A DNA stretch of 64,000 nt from contig JBGAGQ010000004.1 of assembly GCA_044226625.1 (NCBI GenBank), positions 128,001 to 192,000 on the forward strand. The letters run 5' to 3'. How positions within the stretch are numbered: position 1 is the first letter of the stretch; each line of letters starts with the position of its first letter. Both the position numbers and the translations under genes were made by a program. The notes under the pieces are model-generated. The model searched no databases, was not told the DNA's origin, and saw nothing but the letters and a program-made list of their open reading frames with translations. Origin of the DNA: Thermoanaerobaculia bacterium. GTDB lineage: Bacteria > Acidobacteriota > Thermoanaerobaculia > Multivoradales > UBA5704. Below, piece after piece: positions 61,226 to 64,000 of the stretch.

Positions 61226-61397
61226 CGGGCGCTCCGTGGAGCAGGAACAGGAGGCCCGCGGCAAGCGCGGCGAAGAACAGTAGGGTCCCGAAAGCTAGAA
61301 CGAGCGCGATCTTGAGGCTCTTCGGCCGACCGATCAGATACGCCCCCACGACCGAGAGGAGGGAGAAGACGACGAAGAGGGTGGTCGGCAGCCACAT
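61218..61397 (-). CDS. Small 2-TM membrane protein (59 aa)
   Basis: MWLPTTLFVVFSLLSVVGAYLIG...; TACACT box upstream; overlaps the start of the DUF2007 gene. Confidence 0.55.
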   Translation of the reverse strand: MWLPTTLFVVFSLLSVVGAYLIGRPKSLKIALVLAFGTLLFFAALAAGLLFLLHGAPDV

Positions 61398-61519
61398 GAG
61401 ACGTTTCCAGTGTACCGCGCTCCGCAGGCTTCGTCCGAGCGCCAACCCGCGGTCGTATCTCCCCCGGTCCCGTCCCCTGCCCGCAAGCGTCCTTCAAGGA
61501 GCCGGGATATCAGCCCGGA

Positions 61520-63709
61520 TTAATCGGAGTAGAAGCGCTCCCCGCGCTCCGCCATTTCGACCAGCCGGGCTGCCGGCGCGAATCGGCGCCCGTGCCGGGC
61601 GGCGAGCCCCTCGAGCAGGCCGACCGTCGTCCCCGCTCCCCAGCGGTCCGCGGTGCGGAACAGACCGCCCCGGAACGGAGGGAAGCCGAGCCCGAAGATC
61701 GCGCCGACGTCACCGTCCTCGGCGTTCGAGAGGATCCCCTCTTCCAAGCAGCGGACCGCCTCGTTGAGCATCTGGAGGACGCACCGCTCCGTGATCTCGG
61801 AGGGGGAAATCTCCTTGCTTCGCCAGCCGAGCAGGCCGTAAACCGCGGGATCGACGCGCTTGCCCCCTTTCTCGCGCTTGCCCGAGTAGTCGTAGAAGCC
61901 GCGCCCGGCTTTCCGTCCGAGCCGGCCGTCGGCGAGCATCTTGGCGAACACCTCCGGCGTCTCGAATCGCTCCGGGAACGCCTCGGCCATCGTGCGTCCC
62001 GCGTGGCCGGCGACATCGAGGCCGACCTCGTCGAGCAGCGTGAACGGCCCGACGGGGAAACCCCAGCCGGAGAGCGCCGCATCGACCTGCTCGATCGACG
62101 CCCCTTCGAACAGCAGCCAGGCGGCTTCGTTCAGGAAGGCCGCGAGGATGCGGCTGGTGTAGAAACCAGGGCCGTCGGAGACGACGATCAGCGTCTTGCC
62201 CAACTTCCGACCGACGGCGACGGCGGTCGCGAGCGCCTGCTCCGAGGTGCCGGCGTGGCGGATCACCTCGAGCAGCGGCATCTTGTGGACCGGGCTGAAG
62301 AAGTGCATCCCGACCACCCGCTCCGGTCGCGAGCTCGATTCGGCGATCTGGCCGATCGGCAGGGTCGACGTGTTCGAGGCGAAGATCAGCCGCTCGGGGG
62401 CGACCGCCTCGACCGCGGCGATCACCTTCTTCTTGACCTCGAGATCCTCGAACACCGCCTCGATCGCGAGGTCGACCCGCGCGAACGGCCGGTCGTCGAC
62501 CGTCCCACGGATGCGCCCCATCGCCTGGCGCATCTCCGGCTCGGTCATCCGGCGGCGCGCCACCCGCTCACGGAACCTCTCGCGGCAGAACCCCATCCCG
62601 CGGCCGACCGCCGCCGGGTTCTGGTCCTTGAGCACCACCCGATACCCCTTTTCGGCCGCGAGCTGGGCGACTCCGGAACCCATGAATCCCGCGCCGAGCA
62701 CGCCGATCGTCTCGACCGGCAGGGCCCCTTTTGCGATCGAAGCGGCACGCGCCTCGCCCCGGGTCTTCAGGAAGAACAACCCGATGAGACTCTTCGCGAC
62801 GTCGGAGACCACCAGCTCCGCGAACGCGCCGGCTTCGAGGTCGAGCGCCTTGGCGAGCGGCCGGCGCATCCCCTCGCGCACGATGTCGATCGCGACGAGC
62901 GGCGCCGGATAGTGCCCACCCGTCTTCTTGAGCACACCCGATCTCGCTTTGCCGTAGACCAGCGTGTCGGAGGCGACGGGGAGCTTGGCCAGCAACTCGG
63001 CCGCCCGAGCGGCGAGCCCCTGGCCCTTGCCGCGACGCTTTTCGATACCGATCCGCATCGAGGCCGAAGCACGCGCGAGCTTCGAAGCCGCCGCCCGGAG
63101 ATCGGCCGGGTGGCAGATCTCGTCGACCAGCCCGAGCTTCTGCGCTTTGCGCGCATCGACCTGGCGGCCGGTGAGGATCAGGTCGAGTGCTGCCGGTACG
63201 CCGATCAGGCGCGGCAGGCGCTGGGTGCCGCCGAGCCCGGGGATCAAGCCGAGCTGTACCTCCGGAAGGCCGAGCTTCGTCTTGGGATGCTGGGTCGCCA
63301 CCCGGAACTTGCAGGCGAGCGCCAGCTCGAGCCCGCCGCCCAGGCAGGAACCGTGGATCGCGGCGACGGTGGGAAACGGAAGGGCGACAAGACGGCCGAT
63401 CAGTTCGTGCCCCCGCTGGAGGAGCTCGACTACCGCCTCGGAATCTTCGAGCGTCCCGAGCTCCTCGAGATCCGCCCCGGCGACGAACGAGTCGGCCTTG
63501 CCCGAGACGATCACCAGCCCGGCGGGCGGATCGTCGCGCAGCCGGCCGAGCTGCTCGCCCAGCCAGCTCATGGCTCGAGAGGAGAGCGTATTGACCTTCT
63601 TGCTCGGCTCGTCCAACACCAACCAGGCGAGGCCGTCCTCGACGACCATCCGCCCGGGAGCGGCACGCTCGGAGGTTCCTACGTCGGGGGTTTCGAGGGG
63701 GATGGTCAC
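61520..63709 (-). CDS. fadJ: Fatty acid oxidation complex alpha subunit (enoyl-CoA hydratase / 3-hydroxyacyl-CoA dehydrogenase)
   Basis: FVAGAD, CLGGGLE, LGLPEVQLGLIPG.GGTQRLPRL, GAGFMGSG, SNTS, GMHFFSPV.KMPLLE, GLGFPPFRGG; GGAGG RBS. Confidence 0.93.
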   Translation of the reverse strand: MTIPLETPDVGTSERAAPGRMVVEDGLAWLVLDEPSKKVNTLSSRAMSWLGEQLGRLRDDPPAGLVIVSGKADSFVAGADLEELGTLEDSEAVVELLQRGHELIGRLVALPFPTVAAIHGSCLGGGLELALACKFRVATQHPKTKLGLPEVQLGLIPGLGGTQRLPRLIGVPAALDLILTGRQVDARKAQKLGLVDEICHPADLRAAASKLARASASMRIGIEKRRGKGQGLAARAAELLAKLPVASDTLVYGKARSGVLKKTGGHYPAPLVAIDIVREGMRRPLAKALDLEAGAFAELVVSDVAKSLIGLFFLKTRGEARAASIAKGALPVETIGVLGAGFMGSGVAQLAAEKGYRVVLKDQNPAAVGRGMGFCRERFRERVARRRMTEPEMRQAMGRIRGTVDDRPFARVDLAIEAVFEDLEVKKKVIAAVEAVAPERLIFASNTSTLPIGQIAESSSRPERVVGMHFFSPVHKMPLLEVIRHAGTSEQALATAVAVGRKLGKTLIVVSDGPGFYTSRILAAFLNEAAWLLFEGASIEQVDAALSGWGFPVGPFTLLDEVGLDVAGHAGRTMAEAFPERFETPEVFAKMLADGRLGRKAGRGFYDYSGKREKGGKRVDPAVYGLLGWRSKEISPSEITERCVLQMLNEAVRCLEEGILSNAEDGDVGAIFGLGFPPFRGGLFRTADRWGAGTTVGLLEGLAARHGRRFAPAARLVEMAERGERFYSD

Positions 63710-63862
63710 GGGCGATCCTCCGAACGGAGTGGGTTGATCCGCGAATTGCCGCTACGCGGCATAAACCGAACCTGATCGTAGGATCGATGCCGCGGTGTGT
63801 CAATCGCAGGGGCCCGCCGCAGCGGGCTGGCAGCCGGGTGCGAGGCGGCGTAGCATGCCGCC

Positions 63863-64000
63863 ATGTCGCGTCCGTTACCGGCCAAGATCGAATCGATCGA
63901 CGACGCCATGGTTCCCATTCTCCGGTCCATGACGGGCGTCGAAAGGCTTGCGGTGGCAAACCGGATGTTTCTCGCCGCCCGCCGGATGCTCACCGGCCAC
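63863..64000 (+). CDS. Small hypothetical protein, 5' part only
   Basis: Not in the track: MSRPLPAKIESIDDAMVPILRSMTGVERLAVANRMFLAARRMLTGH, open to the window end; TAGCAT 6 nt upstream. Confidence 0.6.
   Translation, partial: MSRPLPAKIESIDDAMVPILRSMTGVERLAVANRMFLAARRMLTGH

Noticed and set aside
63706-63993. 95-aa minus-strand ORF upstream of fadJ
   Set aside because: No recognisable motif; the plus-strand frame from 63863 is more protein-like and has a -10 box.

Overview
GC-rich bacterial chromosomal window, probably Acidobacteriota (Thermoanaerobaculia-like). That placement is an inference from GWxTD-like, IPTL-CTERM and 'PAATLLLPYFEV' secreted proteins. It is densely coding: about 57 CDS, one tRNA-Ala(CGC), and no integrase, transposase or CRISPR-cas. 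Content is mostly metabolic and envelope genes (gap, ppdK, folE, FabH-like, fadJ, ada, ABC/HlyD exporter, peptidases, glycosyltransferases). Main observations: (1) an unannotated 23-aa leader peptide containing Phe, Trp and Tyr codons with a full attenuator, upstream of a prephenate dehydratase-ACT-DAHP synthase fusion; (2) a GAPDH paralogue lacking the catalytic Cys and phosphate-site residues, coupled to the intact gap; (3) a 13-copy, 20-bp-period palindromic array with decayed in-register flanks; (4) a five-gene operon with two SPFH proteins, DUF1003 and a rubrerythrin-VIT1 fusion; (5) a sensor-less kinase and OmpR-type regulator divergent from a desaturase whose promoter has 11-bp-phased TGACA repeats; (6) an MbtH-thioesterase II-PPTase operon with no NRPS in the window. 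All calls come from reading motifs by eye; no database searches were run.
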